In this document: positions 1 to 12,099 of the stretch, piece after piece
How the letters are laid out: every line of letters begins with the position of its first letter
Position numbering within the stretch: position 1 is the stretch's first letter
Source of the DNA: Squalus acanthias
Taxonomy: Eukaryota
Length of the DNA stretch: 64,000 bases
Assembly: GCA_030390025.1 (NCBI GenBank)
Contig: CM059452.1
Coordinates: 9,610,001-9,674,000 of the forward strand
Reading direction: 5' to 3'
Program-made: the position numbers and the translations under genes
Notes under the pieces: generated by a model
Told to the model about the DNA's origin: nothing
Seen by the model: only the letters and a program-made list of their open reading frames with translations
The model's database searches: none

Positions 1-99
1 AAATAATCCATTTTATAGCAATGAAAATCTGACACGATATTGTCGCAATGTCACTACCTCAGAGTAATCCGTTAACGTCAGTTTACACTCGAACTATTT

Positions 100-2220
100 G
101 CCTGTGTCTATGACTGTGTTTATGTGTCTGTGTGTCTGTGTGTTTCTCTGTCTGTGTGTCTATGTGTGTGTTTATCTGTCTGTGTGTCTATGTGTGTGTT
201 TATCTGTCTGTGTGTCTATAACTGTGTTTATCTCTCTGTGTGTCTGTGTGTTTATGTGTCTGTGTGTCTATGTGTGTGTTTATCTGTCTGTGTGTCTATG
301 TGTGTGTTTATGTGTCTGTGTGTCTCTGTTTGTGTTTATCTGTCTGTGTGTCTCTGTGTGTGTTTATGTGTCTGTGTGTCTATGTGTGTGTTTATCTGTC
401 TGTGTGTCTATGTGTGTGTTTATCTGTCTGTGTGTCTATGTGTGTGTTTATCTGTCTGTGTGTCTATGTGTGTGTTTATCTGTCTGTGTGTCTATGTGTG
501 TGTTTATGTGTCTGTGTGTCTCTGTGTGTGTTTATCTGTCTGTGTGTCTATGTGTGTGTTTATCTGTCTGTGTGTCTATGTGTGTGTTTATCTGTCTGTG
601 TGTCTATGTGTGTGTTTATCTGTCTGTGTGTCTATGTGTGTGTTTATCTGTCTGTGTGTCTATGAGTGTGTTTATCTGTCTGTGTGTCTATGTGTGTGTT
701 TATCTGTCTGTGTGTCTATGTGTGTGTTTATGTGTCTGTGTGTCTATGTGTGTGTTTATCTGTCTGTGTGTCTATGTGTGTGTTTATCTGTCTGTGTGTC
801 TATGTGTGTGTTTATCTGTCTGTGTGTCTATGTGTGTGTTTATCTGTCTGTGTGTCTATGTGTGTGTTTATCTGTCTGTGTGTCTATGTGTGTGTTTATC
901 TGTCTGTGTGTCTATGTGTGTGTTTATCTGTCTGTGTGTCTATGTGTGTGTTTATCTGTCTGTGTGTCTATGTGTGTGTTTATCTGTCTGTGTGTCTATG
1001 TGTGTGTTTATGTGTCTGTGTGTCTATGTGTGTGTTTATCTCTCTGTGTGTCTATGTGTGTGTTTATCTGTCTGTGTGTCTATGACTGTGTTTATCTGTC
1101 TGTGTGTCTATGTGTGTGTTTATCTGTCTGTGTGTCTCTGTGTGTGTTTATGTGTCTGTGTGTCTATGTGTGTGTTTATCTCTCTGTGTGTCTATGTGTG
1201 TGTTTATCTGTCTGTGTGTCTATGACTGTGTTTATCTGTCTGTGTGTCTATGTGTGTGTTTATGTCTCTGTGTGTCTATGTGTGTGTTTATCTGTCTGTG
1301 TGTCTATGACTGTGTTTATCTGTCTGTGTGTCTATGTGTGTGTTTATCTGTCTGTGTGGCTATGTGTGTGTTTATCTGTCTGTGTGTCTATGTGTGTGTT
1401 TATCTGTCTGTGTGTCTATGTGTGTGTTTATCTGTCTGTGTGTCTATGACTGTGTTTATCTATCTGTGTGTCTATGACTGTGTTTATCTGTCTGTGTGTC
1501 TATGTGTGTGTTTATCTGTCTGTGTGTCTATGTATGTGTTTATCTCTCTGTGTGTCTATGTATGTGTTTATCTCTCTGTGTGTCTATGTGTGTGTTTATC
1601 TGTCTGTGTGTCTATGTGTGTGTTTATCTGTCTGTGTGTCTATGTGTGTGTTTATCTGTCTGTGTGTCTATGTGTGTGTTTATCTGTCTGTGTGTCTATG
1701 TGTGTGTTTATCTGTCTGTGTGACTATGTGTGTGTTTGTCTGTCTGTGTGTCTATGTGTGTGTTTATCTGTCTGTGTGTCTATGTGTGTGTTTGTCTGTC
1801 TGTGTGTCTATGTGTGTGTTTATCTGTCTGTGTGTCTATGTGTGTGTTTATCTGTCTGTGTGTCTATGTGTGTGTTTATCTGTCTGTGTGTCTATGTGTG
1901 TGTTTATCTGTCTGTGTGTCTATGTGTGTTTTTATCTGTCTGTGTGTCTATGTGTGTGTTTATCTGTCTGTGTGTCTATGTGTGTTTATCTGTCTGTGTG
2001 TCTATGTGTGTTTATCTGTCTGTGTGTCTATGTGTGTGTTTATCTGTCTGTGTGTCTATGTGTGTTTATCTGTCTGTGTGTCTATGTGTGTTTATCTGTC
2101 TGTGTGTCTATGTGTGTGCCTATCTGTCTGTGTGTCTATGTGTGTGTTAATCTGGCTGTGTATCTATGTGTGTGTTAATCTGGCTGTGTGTCTATATGTG
2201 TGTTTATCTGTCTGTGTGTC
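100..2220. repeat. 28-bp tandem satellite (TATGTGTGTGTTTATCTGTCTGTGTGTC)n, decaying into TG/TA low-complexity sequence to about 2570
   Basis: The unit is directly visible, about 75 copies. The Cys/Val-rich ORFs here are artefacts of the repeat. Confidence 0.95.
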
Positions 2221-2805
2221 ACGTCTGTGTGTCGGTATACTCCACAATACAAAAACCATTGTGTGTTTCTGGGTTTATGTTGGCGTACTTATGGCTATGT
2301 TTCTGCAGGTGTGTATGTGTCTGTGAGTATATATACGTCTGTGTGCGTGTGTGTGTATATATATATGTCTGCGTGTATATATATGTCTGCGTGTATGTAT
2401 TTGTTTATCTGTGTGTATACGTATGTGTGCGTATATATGTCTGCGTGTGTATTTATGCGTGTGTATCTGTCAGTGTGTGTATATATCAGTCTGTCTGTAT
2501 ATGTCTGTGTGTGTATATGCCTGTGTGTCTACGTGTGACTGTGTCTGTGTATATGTCAGTGTACGTGCGTGTTTCCAATGCACTACGTCAAGCTTGTACT
2601 GTCCGCAGGAGGGCGCTCTCTGATCACTTTACAAAGATCCTGATCCGCATCTACAGAAAGTGACTGTTTCGAGAGGTGCAAATGAGCGGGGAGTGGAAAT
2701 CCTAGCCGATCTGATGAGATCCCTGCGCTCTTCCAGTTTCTCCAATTCCAGGCCCGGTTCAGGCAGTGATCAGAGTCTCTTGTTTCTGGAGATCAGGCTG
2801 GAACC

Positions 2806-3277
2806 ATGGAGGTGAAACTCTGCCTGACTCTGGTTATTGTCCTGATCACAGGTCGGTGATATCGGAACCATCCTATAACATTCTCCAACCCCCATCTCCA
2901 TCTCCGGGTGATTATTCTCTTTCTGTTACTCTGTATAACCCGCTGTGTGCCCGCTGTTTATTTTCAGAGATGTGTGACGGAGACGCGGTGTCCCAATCAG
3001 AACAAGGTGTCGCTTCAGAAGAGGGTTCAGATTCAGCAATAACCTGCAGTTACTCTGTATCGGATTCAGCTACAAGCTATAACCTGTTTTGGTATCGCCA
3101 GTGTCCCCACAAAACCCCTCAGTATCTGCTCAGAGTCGATAGTTATGGGAATAACGAGACAGCTCCGGGCTTTGAACACTTCAGCGGGAATCTCAACCGG
3201 ACACAAGGCACTTTTCACTTATCCATGAAAGGCTTGAAGATCACAGACAGCGCCGTGTATTACTGTGCCCTGAGAGC
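2806..3277 (+). CDS. TCR alpha/delta V segment, apparently functional
   Basis: Leader 2806-2851 (MEVKLCLTLVIVLIT, GT donor). V exon 2968-3277 with ITC, LFWYRQ, DSAVYYCALR. RSS CACAGTG(3278-3284)-23-ACAACAACA(3308-3316). Confidence 0.9.
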
Positions 3278-3794
3278 CACAGTGAATAAGGGTCCCTCGG
3301 ACCTCATACAACAACAGGTCGGCATAGGGGAAGGAGGGTGAGATGGGATGGGTTGTCGTGCTTCACCTCAGGAAAATACCAGGGATTGACTCCCCGAGAG
3401 GTTATACAGAAAATGAATGGGAAAATACAGCCTGATCCGATCGGGTTTCTCCAGTTATGTCAGTGCTGTCAGTGTTGGGATAAGAGAAATTTCTCAACCA
3501 TTTTAAGCCAGTGTGAAATTCAGACATTTCCACCACAGTGTTAGCACAGACCTGCAGATCTCTGGGTCGAATAACGGGTTAAATCTCTACAAGTAGAAGA
3601 CCTGGGTGTGGCGAAGATCCGTCAGGTCACAATTTTAAAAGCTATCTCACCGGTGCAGACGACTGTCCACTTGTCATGTCCCGCGTAGTCTTGGGGCTCC
3701 GACAAGTTAATGGAGCTCATTTGCTGTGGTGGGAAATAAGTGATACCGGGGATTGAATTGATTGAGATTATTTTTCGCTTTTCACCTTACTGAG

Positions 3795-3994
3795 AGAGAT
3801 GAAATGAGAGAGAGGGAGTGAGAAAGTCACAGAGTTAAACAAAGTAAGTGACACCGAAACAAAGACAGAGATAGTGAGATAGAGAGAGAGAGAGAAAAGG
3901 AGAGAAAAAGACACCGATTTAAATAGAGTGAGCGACAGCGAGACACAAATATAGAGAGAGGCAGAGAGCGACAGAGAGAGAGAGGTAGAGAGCG

Positions 3995-4033
<39 letters not shown>

Positions 4034-4076
4034 CAGAGAGCGACAGATAGTGAGAGAGAGAGAGGGAGCGAGAGAC
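3795..4076. repeat. GA-rich microsatellite
   Basis: (GA)n runs with interruptions. Confidence 0.85.
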
Positions 4077-4325
4077 TCACTCACAGAGCTGGGGAAGGAA
4101 GGGTTTGTAGGGAGACATCAGTAATTGTTCCACAACTAAGACTGATTGGTGCACAGCTGGTGTCAGTTCTGAGAGATCAGCCAATCCTGTCCTTGGGAAA
4201 CGTCCCTCAGTCTCCCAATAAGTGAAGACTGCCCCTGATCTGAGTTTATTCTTTAATTTCAGACTAGACGGGCCAACATATTTCAAACGATCTGCTGCTT
4301 TCTGTCTAATTCTAAACCAGACACC

Positions 4326-4757
4326 ATGTGTTCCCCGTGCTCCTTACTGATAATAATGGTCGTGCTTTCCGGTAAGTACATGCCTAAATGATCATTGTGT
4401 GTTTCACGGATTTTCCTTACTCCCAGATTTTTGACACATTCTGTGTTTTGTTACAGGAACGAATGGCAAAGACTTAGTGTCCCAGGATCCGCCTGAATTA
4501 ACGGTTCAGGAAGGACAGACCATAATATTGAACTGCAGTTATTCGGAAGCTGGATCAACTCTGTTCTGGTACATCCAGTATCCCGGGGAAGCTCCGAGAT
4601 ATTTACTGAGGATATATAGCTCGGGGACGGTTGACCGGTCTCCTGATTTCCCAGGCCTGTTCTCTGCTGTTTTGCACAGAGACAGCAAAACGGTTCCTTT
4701 AAATATCACCGCGGTTCTTGTCTCCGACAGCGCCGTGTATTTCTGTGCCATGAGCCC
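4326..4757 (+). CDS. TCR alpha-like V segment, apparently functional
   Basis: Leader 4326-4371 (MCSPCSLLIIMVVLS|gtaagt). V exon from 4457 (SQDPPELTV..LNC..LFWY..DSAVYFCAMSP). Nonamer ACAAAAACC 4789-4797, with CACACTG at 24 nt or CACTGCT at 22 nt. Confidence 0.9.
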
Positions 4758-4822
4758 CACACTGCTGCAGAGATATAGCGGATCCCGTACAAAAACCCCA
4801 CACTGAGAGTTCCAGTTAGTGC

Positions 4823-4836
4823 TCACCAGAGGGCGC
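4823..4836 (+). promoter_or_regulatory. CTCF-type motif 25 bp 3' of RSS
   Basis: TCACCAGAGGGCGC. Confidence 0.7.
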
Positions 4837-5047
4837 TCTCACATCGATAAACAGCAGCGATAATTCAGCCTCCACAGCGAGAGTCACACGGAGATTCTTA
4901 AAAGAGCGACAAGTGACAACACTCAACAAGAACAGGTCAGGTCCACTTGTGGATTTTTTTTTAGGAGATTTCAACTCGTATTTAGAATAAAAATGAACTT
5001 CACAAATCATGTCTGTGGCACCTTAACTCCCCTTTTGTCCTTTCTCT

Positions 5048-5562
5048 GTTGTGTACATTTCTGGGCACCACACGTTCGGAAGGAATGCAAGGCCCTGGAG
5101 AGGGAACAGAGGAGGTTTACCAGGATGATACCAGGGATGAGGGACTTCAGTTATGTGGAGAGATTGTAGAAGCCGGAATTGTTCTCCTAAGAGCAGAGAA
5201 GGTTAAGGGGAGACATAATAGAATTATTCAAATTTATGAGGGGTTTTGACGGAGCAAATAGGGAGAAAGTATTTCCTCTGGCAAGTGGGTTGATAACCAA
5301 AGGGAATAGATTTAAAATAATTGACAAAAGAACTAGAGGGGAAATGAGGAGACATTTCTTCACAAAGAGGGTTGTTCAGATCTGAAAGGCAATGCCTGAA
5401 AGGGTGGTGGAATCAGATTTCATGGGAACTTTCAAAGGCAATTGGACACGTACTTGAAGAGGACTAATTTGCAGGGTTCTAGAGAAAAAACTGGGATATG
5501 GGACTAAACAGGCACGACGGGCCGAAGCCCCCTTCTGTGCTGTAAGATTCTCTGAATCTATG
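5048..5562 (+). mobile_element. CR1 LINE 3' fragment, degenerate
   Basis: Remnants of the ORF2 C-terminus and a CR1-type 3' tail. Confidence 0.8.
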
Positions 5563-6555
5563 ATAGAAACATAGAAAATAGGAGCATGAATAGATCATCC
5601 GGCCCTTCGAGCCTGCTCCGCCATTCAATATGGTCATGGCTGATCATCTATCTCAATACCATATTCTCGCTCTCTCCCCAGGCCCCTTGATGCCTTTTGT
5701 GTCTAGAAATCTATCTATCTCCTTCTTAAATATATTCAGTGACTTGGCCTCCACAGCCTTCTGTGGTAGAGAATTCCACAGGTTCACCACCCTCTGAGTG
5801 AAGAAATTTCTCCTCATCTCAGTCCTAAATGTCCTACCCCGTATCCTGAGACTGTGACCCCTCGTTCTAGACCCCTCCCCCCCGCCCAGCCATGGGAATC
5901 ATCCTCCCTGCATTCAGTCTATCTAGCCCTGTCAGAATTTTATACGTTTCAATGAGATCCCCTCTCATTCTTCTAAACTCTAGTGAATACAGGCTTAGTC
6001 GACCCAATCTCTCCTCATACGACAGTCCTGCCATTCCAGGAATCAGTCTGGTGAACCTTCGCTGCACTCCCTCTATGGCAAGTATATCCTTTCTTAGGTA
6101 AGGAGACCAAAACTGCACACAGTACTCCAGGTGTGGTCTCACCAAGGCCCTGTATAACTGTAGGAAGACATCCTTGCTCCTGTACTCAAATCCTCTTGCA
6201 ATGAAGGCCAACATACCATTTGCCTTCCTAACCGCTTGCTGCACCTCCATGTTTACTTTCAGTGCCTGGTGAACAAGGACACCCAGGTCCCTTTGTACAT
6301 CAGCATTTCCCAATCTATCACCATTTAAATAATATTCTTTCTTTCTGTTTTTCCTACCAAAGTGGATAACTTCACATTTATCCACGTTATACTATCCCTG
6401 CCATGTATTTGCCCACTCACTGAACTTGTCTAACTCGCTTTGAAGCCTCTTTGCATCCTCCTCACAACTCACAGTCCCACCAAGTTTCGTGTCGTCAACA
6501 AACTTGGAAATATTACATTTGGTTCCCTCATCCAAATCATTGATATATATTGTGC
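5563..6555 (-). mobile_element. CR1 LINE 3' fragment
   Basis: ORF 5867-6385 (KCEVIHFG..RPHLEYCVQFWSP..RGDLIETYK) and TTCTATGT-type tail. Confidence 0.92.
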
Positions 6556-7099
6556 CCCTTCCGTGCCTGCCTGCAATATTGCGCAGCCCTTTTCACATCT
6601 CCCCTGTCAGAGTCCCGGACCCTTTGATCGCGGCCTGTACATAGGGTTTATTTGATCAGAGTATGTTGCTGGGTCAGAGACAGTTATACACAAGGATCAG
6701 ATTTCACAAGGTAGTGATTGTGCTTTTAAAACAGGCCCCAAGTACAGAGTTCCCCCAATGTCCATTGTCCTTCAGAATGTCTCTTTAATGCCGGAATATT
6801 TTCTGTCACCATCTGCAATCCTGAGTTTCCGGGTTCCATTAACCAGACAAAGGTTTCGTTCCGAGCCACAGTCTCTAAAAGCGGAACCATTCCCCTATAA
6901 GGACACTGACTGTAGCCCAGCTCGGGGTGTTTCCATTCACTGGCAGCCAGCTCACCACCTACCGGTCTCACAGCACCACTGGGGACACAAGGAAGTGAGG
7001 TGAGAGCATCCTGAGACACGACAGCAGATTATTGAGGGCGGGGATTAGAGCGGGTGTCTTCAAATATCCAACCCCCCTTTTACAGAGCGGACAGCGACA

Positions 7100-7574
7100 A
7101 TGCGGCTAATCAGCATCTGGGCTGTGTGGGGGGCATTTCTGACAGGTAATTGTGGACCAAACACATTTCATCTTTACTCTCATTTGTAACATGGTTTGAA
7201 TCTAAATTTTAAACACCCGCCGGTCTGATCTTTTATTGTTTGAACATGTTTTTCAGATCTGAGTCTTGGAGATTCTGTCACTCAGCCGCTGTCCCCAGGA
7301 GTTAAGACAGAAGGAGAAGCGGTGACTTTGAACTGTCGCTCTGACACTAAATGGAGCACCTTTAACTATTTATATTGGTACCGGAACCACCCAGACACAC
7401 GGCCCGAGTTTATACTGTGGAAGGATCATGATGGTGTTGATGGTGTTGAGCATAAAGCAGATTTTGGTAAAACCCGTTTCTCTGCAGAAATCCAGACCTC
7501 GACTAAATTCACCAGTTTAACCATCTCGGGGCTGCAGCTGACCGACACTGCAGTTTATTACTGCGCCCTGAGAC
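7100..7574 (+). CDS. TCR delta-like V segment, apparently functional
   Basis: Leader 7100-7145 (MRLISIWAVWGAFLT). V exon from 7257 (DSVTQ..LNC..LYWYR..EFILW..DTAVYYCALR). RSS CACACTG(7575-7581)-23-ACAGAAACT(7605-7613). Confidence 0.9.
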
Positions 7575-8362
7575 CACACTGATGGAAACCAGTTAAACCC
7601 TGGTACAGAAACTCCCGCCGCTTTGTAGATCAGAGGCCCCGCCTGCTGAAGCCGGATATAAGGCTCACTTTGTGCTGTTTGCGGTTCCGGCCATCCTGAG
7701 AACTATTCCCAAAGTCTCTCATTTGTCGGGCGGGTTCAGTCTGTGCAGTTTCCGCGTTGTTTTCCCTGTTACTCACTGGGAACTGTCTCTCCTGAATCAC
7801 TGCCACCTTCATCTTCAGACTATTGACTGTTGCTCTTTTGCCTGTTTTCCGGACAGTTTTCTCTGAGTTTGCGCACCAGCTGGGGAATGGGAGTCTCGCG
7901 GGGTCAGAGTTCAGCCGAGACTTCTTTGTTGTGAAGGGTTTTTGACTCCTCAATGGTTTATTACATCGTCACTGAATGTGTTTCCTCCGTTCAGTTCATT
8001 TCCTGCCGACTGGAGCGCCAGGTCTGAGTGCGATTCTGACACTGAACGAGAACTGGTTTATATTTGTTTCACTATTTTGAAAGTTGAGGTGCCCATTACA
8101 TGAACAGGGGACGGAAGCACCGTCCCATCGAATACCTTATTATCAAATTAGCAACACGATTATTTTTATTAATAATAAACATGATGTTTCCTGTTCTGTA
8201 CTGTTAGTTGGATAGCGATTGATTTGTCAGTTTTTACCCGGCACTCTCCTGTGAGAAGTACTGACAGTCCCCGTTTCTCCCCACACTGCCCGCTATCCAG
8301 TTGCCCCTGTCACATTCCGGCAGTGTTTTTGTACGGGGCTCCCTCTGGTTCCTGTCACTGTG

Positions 8363-8889
8363 TCTCTCAGCCGCAGTGATACACCGCGCTGTCAGACAGC
8401 CGTAGGCCGCGGATGGTGAAATTCCCCATACTTTCTGAAATGTGAAATGCGGAAAATCGAGCCCCCGTGCCCTCTGCTTTGAAAACATCTCCGTAGGAAG
8501 GACTGTAGATCAGCAATGTGGGCCCTTTGTCGCGGTCCTGACGGTACAGTTGTAAGGAATGTGAAGGAGCAGTGGTCGAATAGCTGTAATTACTGGTCAC
8601 CGAGTCTCCTTCAAACTGCATCGCTGCAAGCGGCCCCTGTGAGACCGAGTCCGCACAACTAACACCTACAGAAATATAGAAATACACAACTTTAAACTTT
8701 TATTATCATTTTATTATAACTGATAGCATCAAGGTGACGGAATATACAGGAAATAGAGGGAAAATACAGTTAAAAGGAAGATTCTCTATGGCAGTGATAC
8801 GTGCAAGAGGGAAGATTGTGTAACTTGTAAACTTTACCAGTTAAGAGAGCCGCAGCTGTGACGAATGAATTAAAAGTAACTCCTAACAT
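8363..8889 (-). pseudogene. TCR V pseudogene with intact RSS
   Basis: Leader 8889-8838, V exon from 8665. C23->Y, W41->L, stop two codons after C104. RSS CACAGTG(8362-8356)-23-ACAAAAACA(8332-8324). Confidence 0.85.
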
Positions 8890-9358
8890 GTTTGCAGAGA
8901 GTTGACAACAGATTTGAACAGAACAGGTTAAACCTGAAATAATTTAGTCAAGACTTGGGAAGGTGTTGAATGATATCCGGCGTCTCTGCCGATTGGTTCA
9001 TTCCTGACAGAGTCAACATGTGAGATCCAAGCAGCTCACAGCTCCTTTTTACTCCAATTCTTCCAATCAACTCACAGCTACTTTGTTCTCCAATTCATCC
9101 AATCAGCTCATAGCTCCTTTGTTCGTCACTTCATGACGTCTGTGTTCAAAATGGTCTTGCTCACTGAACAAGCGACTGGGAAGAAATAGAGTGAGTGCGT
9201 AATTAAGGGATTATACCGCATCAGAAATAATGAGCGGCTTTAATCAGCTATAATCTTGATCTTTGAGAGCCAATAGCTGGCAATCGTGTTTTTATACATG
9301 ACCAAAAACCTTAAATCTCCTCAATGACCTCATTCTAAGGCTTAGGTAATACAATGCG

Positions 9359-9372
9359 CCAGCAGAGGGCGC
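9359..9372 (+). promoter_or_regulatory. CTCF-type motif
   Basis: CCAGCAGAGGGCGC. Confidence 0.7.
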
Positions 9373-9530
9373 CAAACTCAAGAATGATAATTAAAAAGTC
9401 ATGTGATGTAAACGCCAAGGCCAACAGCAATCGAAGCCTGAATGAGGTCAGAATGGGGACGCCCCCTGCAGTGTGTGGGTGGAACAATGCGCTGAACAGC
9501 CCGGGTTACCGCTCTCCTACTCAATCTCTG

Positions 9531-9919
9531 CCTCATTGAAGCATACAAAATTATTACAGGGCTTGATAGGGTGGATGATGGGAGAATGTTTCCCTTGGCT
9601 GGGGAGTCTAGAACCACGGGCCACAGCCTCAGGATAAAGGTTAGGCCATTCAGGACTGAGATGAGAAGAAATTTCTTCACACAGAGGGTGGTGAATCTTT
9701 GGAATTCTCTACCCCAGAGGGCTGTGGAGGCTCAGTCATTGGGTATATTCAAAACAGAAGTCGATAGATTTCTGACTAGTAAGGGCATCAAGGGATATGG
9801 CGATAAGGCTGGTGAATGGAATTGAGGCAGAAGATCAGCCATGATCTCATTGAATGGGGGAGCAGGCTCGAAGGGCCGAATGGCCTACTCCAGCTGCTAT
9901 TGCTTATGTTCTTATGTTC
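9531..9919 (+). mobile_element. CR1 LINE 3' end
   Basis: RNFFTQRVVNLWNSLP ORF2 end and TTATGTTC tail. Confidence 0.9.
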
Positions 9920-9936
9920 ATTCAATTCCAAGTCAC

Positions 9937-10471
9937 TGTGAGAGATTCAGTCAATTTCTAATAATACTGGCGGCTGTGTTGAACAGTAAGTATTGGATTA
10001 TATTTAAAACACAGGTTAGCTGGTTGATGCAAAGAGCGTGTGCAGGGATTTAGTACAATTACCGATCAGAAATATCCACATGATGGACAGCTGTGTAGAT
10101 GGAGGGTTATCCACTCTCATACAGATAGACACAAGTTTCGATTTAATCTTCTGCTCTTCTGTTCCCCTATCTTCACAGGCGGGCTGTGTGCAGATCCAGT
10201 AACTCAGTCTCCGGTGACAATTGCCGTGTCAACAGGGGGTTCGGTGCAGTTAGATTGTGAAAATACAATCCCGGATATTGACTGCATGCAATGGTATCGG
10301 CAGAAATCGGCACAGCCACCAAGCTGGATAATTAGCAAAGTGGTAGCACTGAAGGGAGACGAAATCTCAGGACAATATCTGGCAGCTGCTAATACGTCTA
10401 GAAAGTACGGTTACCTCAATATAAGCAGCCTGAGTGTGGAGGACGGAGCGGTCTATTACTGTGCAGTGAGG
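9937..10471 (+). CDS. TCR alpha-like V segment whose leader lacks its own ATG (ORF or pseudogene)
   Basis: Hydrophobic leader remnant (..RFSQFLIILAAVLN|gtaagt at 9986). V exon 10179-10471 (VTQSP..LDC..CMQWYRQ..VYYCAVR). RSS CACAGCG(10472-10478)-22-ACAAAAACC(10501-10509). Confidence 0.8.
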
Positions 10472-10624
10472 CACAGCGTCAGAAAAAGCAAAGGCCCCGG
10501 ACAAAAACCTCAGCGAGAATTTACAGCTCCATTAAGTGTTCTTTTGTGCTGCTTTCTGTGGGGTTAATTTGATGCCAAACCCACGGAGACTAAAGACAGC
10601 CAGGTTTCTATTTCAACGAGTTGT

Positions 10625-10993
10625 ATTTGTGTCTGTGTCTTTGCCCAAATCAGCGGAGAACCGGTCTGGGAAATCTGGAGACTTGTCTCCCTGCCCCGAG
10701 CTGTATCTCCTCATTAAATATCTCGGATCTTCCCCGGGGATACTGGTTGTACCAGAAGAGGTAGGGAAATCTATCGGCCGTAGAGTAACTAGAGTTCAGT
10801 ATTAAGATCTGTCCTTCCTGAACCGTTAATTCAGGTGGATCCTGGGAAAATGAGGCTTCGCCATTGTAACAAAATACTGAATCTGTCAGAAGTCTGAGAG
10901 TAAATATAACCCATGAAATACATACGATATTTTAAACATAGACTCACCGGGCAGCACGGCTATTATTATCAGTAAGAAACATGGGGAGCGCAT
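10625..10993 (-). pseudogene. Truncated TCR V pseudogene (same family as the V at 4326)
   Basis: Leader 10993-10948 intact. Acceptor AG deleted, C23->S, frameshift after WY, ends before C104, no RSS. Confidence 0.8.
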
Positions 10994-11158
10994 GGTGTCT
11001 GGTTTAGATGGGAGTCTCCGGCTCTGATAGAAGAACAACATTAACTATTGGTCACTGGCCCCATCTCACAGACTGACGCTGCTAAAGGGCGAACATTGGC
11101 TTTAATCCTCGTCCAGTTCTGAGGAGAACAATTTCACTCCGTTCTCTGATCCCCGCTC

Positions 11159-11330
11159 TGACGTCATGAATTGGCGAACAAAGTAGCTGTGAGCTGATTG
11201 GTTGAATTGGAAAACAAAGGAGCTGCAAACTGATTGGATAAATTGGAGAACAAAGGACCGAGAGCTGATTAGATGTGATCTGCTGACTCTGTCGGGAACG
11301 GACCAAACGGCAGAGAGACCGGATATTACT
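11159..11330. promoter_or_regulatory. V promoter module: CRE plus repeated CCAAT/Y boxes
   Basis: TGACGTCA at 11159-11166 followed by several CTGATTGG/ATTGG. Homologous blocks at about 8990-9140 (inverted) and 23235-23360. Confidence 0.55.
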
Positions 11331-11409
11331 CAACATCTTCCCAATTCTTGACAAGACAATTTCAGCTTCAAACCGTTCTGTTCAAATCCACCACCAACTC
11401 TCTGCAAAC

Positions 11410-11461
11410 ATGTTGGGTGTTACTTTTTATTTATTCGTCACAGCTGCAGCTCTCTTAACTG
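11410..11461 (+). pseudogene. Orphan V leader exon, donor mutated
   Basis: MLGVTFYLFVTAAALLT, homologous to the 8889 leader. Donor reads ATAAGT and no cognate V exon follows. Confidence 0.7.
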
Positions 11462-11887
11462 ATAAGTTCACAAGTTACACAGCATTGTGTTTCACATCTG
11501 TATCATACATTATATTTAATATGTCAGTTCCCTGAACACATGAATATCAATAGGTTGATCCGAAGTGAAGAAAACCATCAGGATCCACCTTGACTCAACA
11601 CTGAACACTGTTTGGGGAAACTCGACAAACTCCCTCAGTGAATGAAAGTGGATGAGTTGAGGTGAGATTACAGGCGAATGGCAGACAGACAAGCCCGTCG
11701 GCGTCAATGACGGACATTGACAGACACACGAGTCTTAAACCCACAGACAGTTTGGAGTTTTCCCTTCACATCACAAGAGGTGAAGGTGAGGAACTGATCC
11801 CGTTGGAAGGTGCTGAAGGTTAATTAAAGGATGTTTATTCAGTCGATCCCAGCGCCATCCCGTGAGCAGCCCCTGAGCTGTGGGGAA

Positions 11888-12099
11888 ATGTATTTCTGTT
11901 TAACTGCCCTGATTTGCTTCACGGGTAAGTGTTGGGGTGACGGGCTGATTCTGGGCGGTAAACACAGTGAAGTGGCATTGTTTAATTTAATATCGCTCTG
12001 GGCTCTTGCAGGACATGGGCGAGGAGACTCCGGTTCACAAACACCGGCTGCAACCACAGTAAATGAAGGAGACGATGTTCAGTTGTATTGTAATTATAC
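11888..12099 (+). CDS. TCR V segment, 5' part, truncated by assembly gap
   Basis: Leader MYFCLTALICFT|gtaagt, then V exon GHGRGDSGSQTPAATTV..LYCNY, then Ns. Paralog of the V at 23938. Confidence 0.8.

Noticed and set aside
98-2663. Long Cys/Val-rich ORFs
   Set aside because: They are translations of a stop-poor 28-bp satellite in all three frames.
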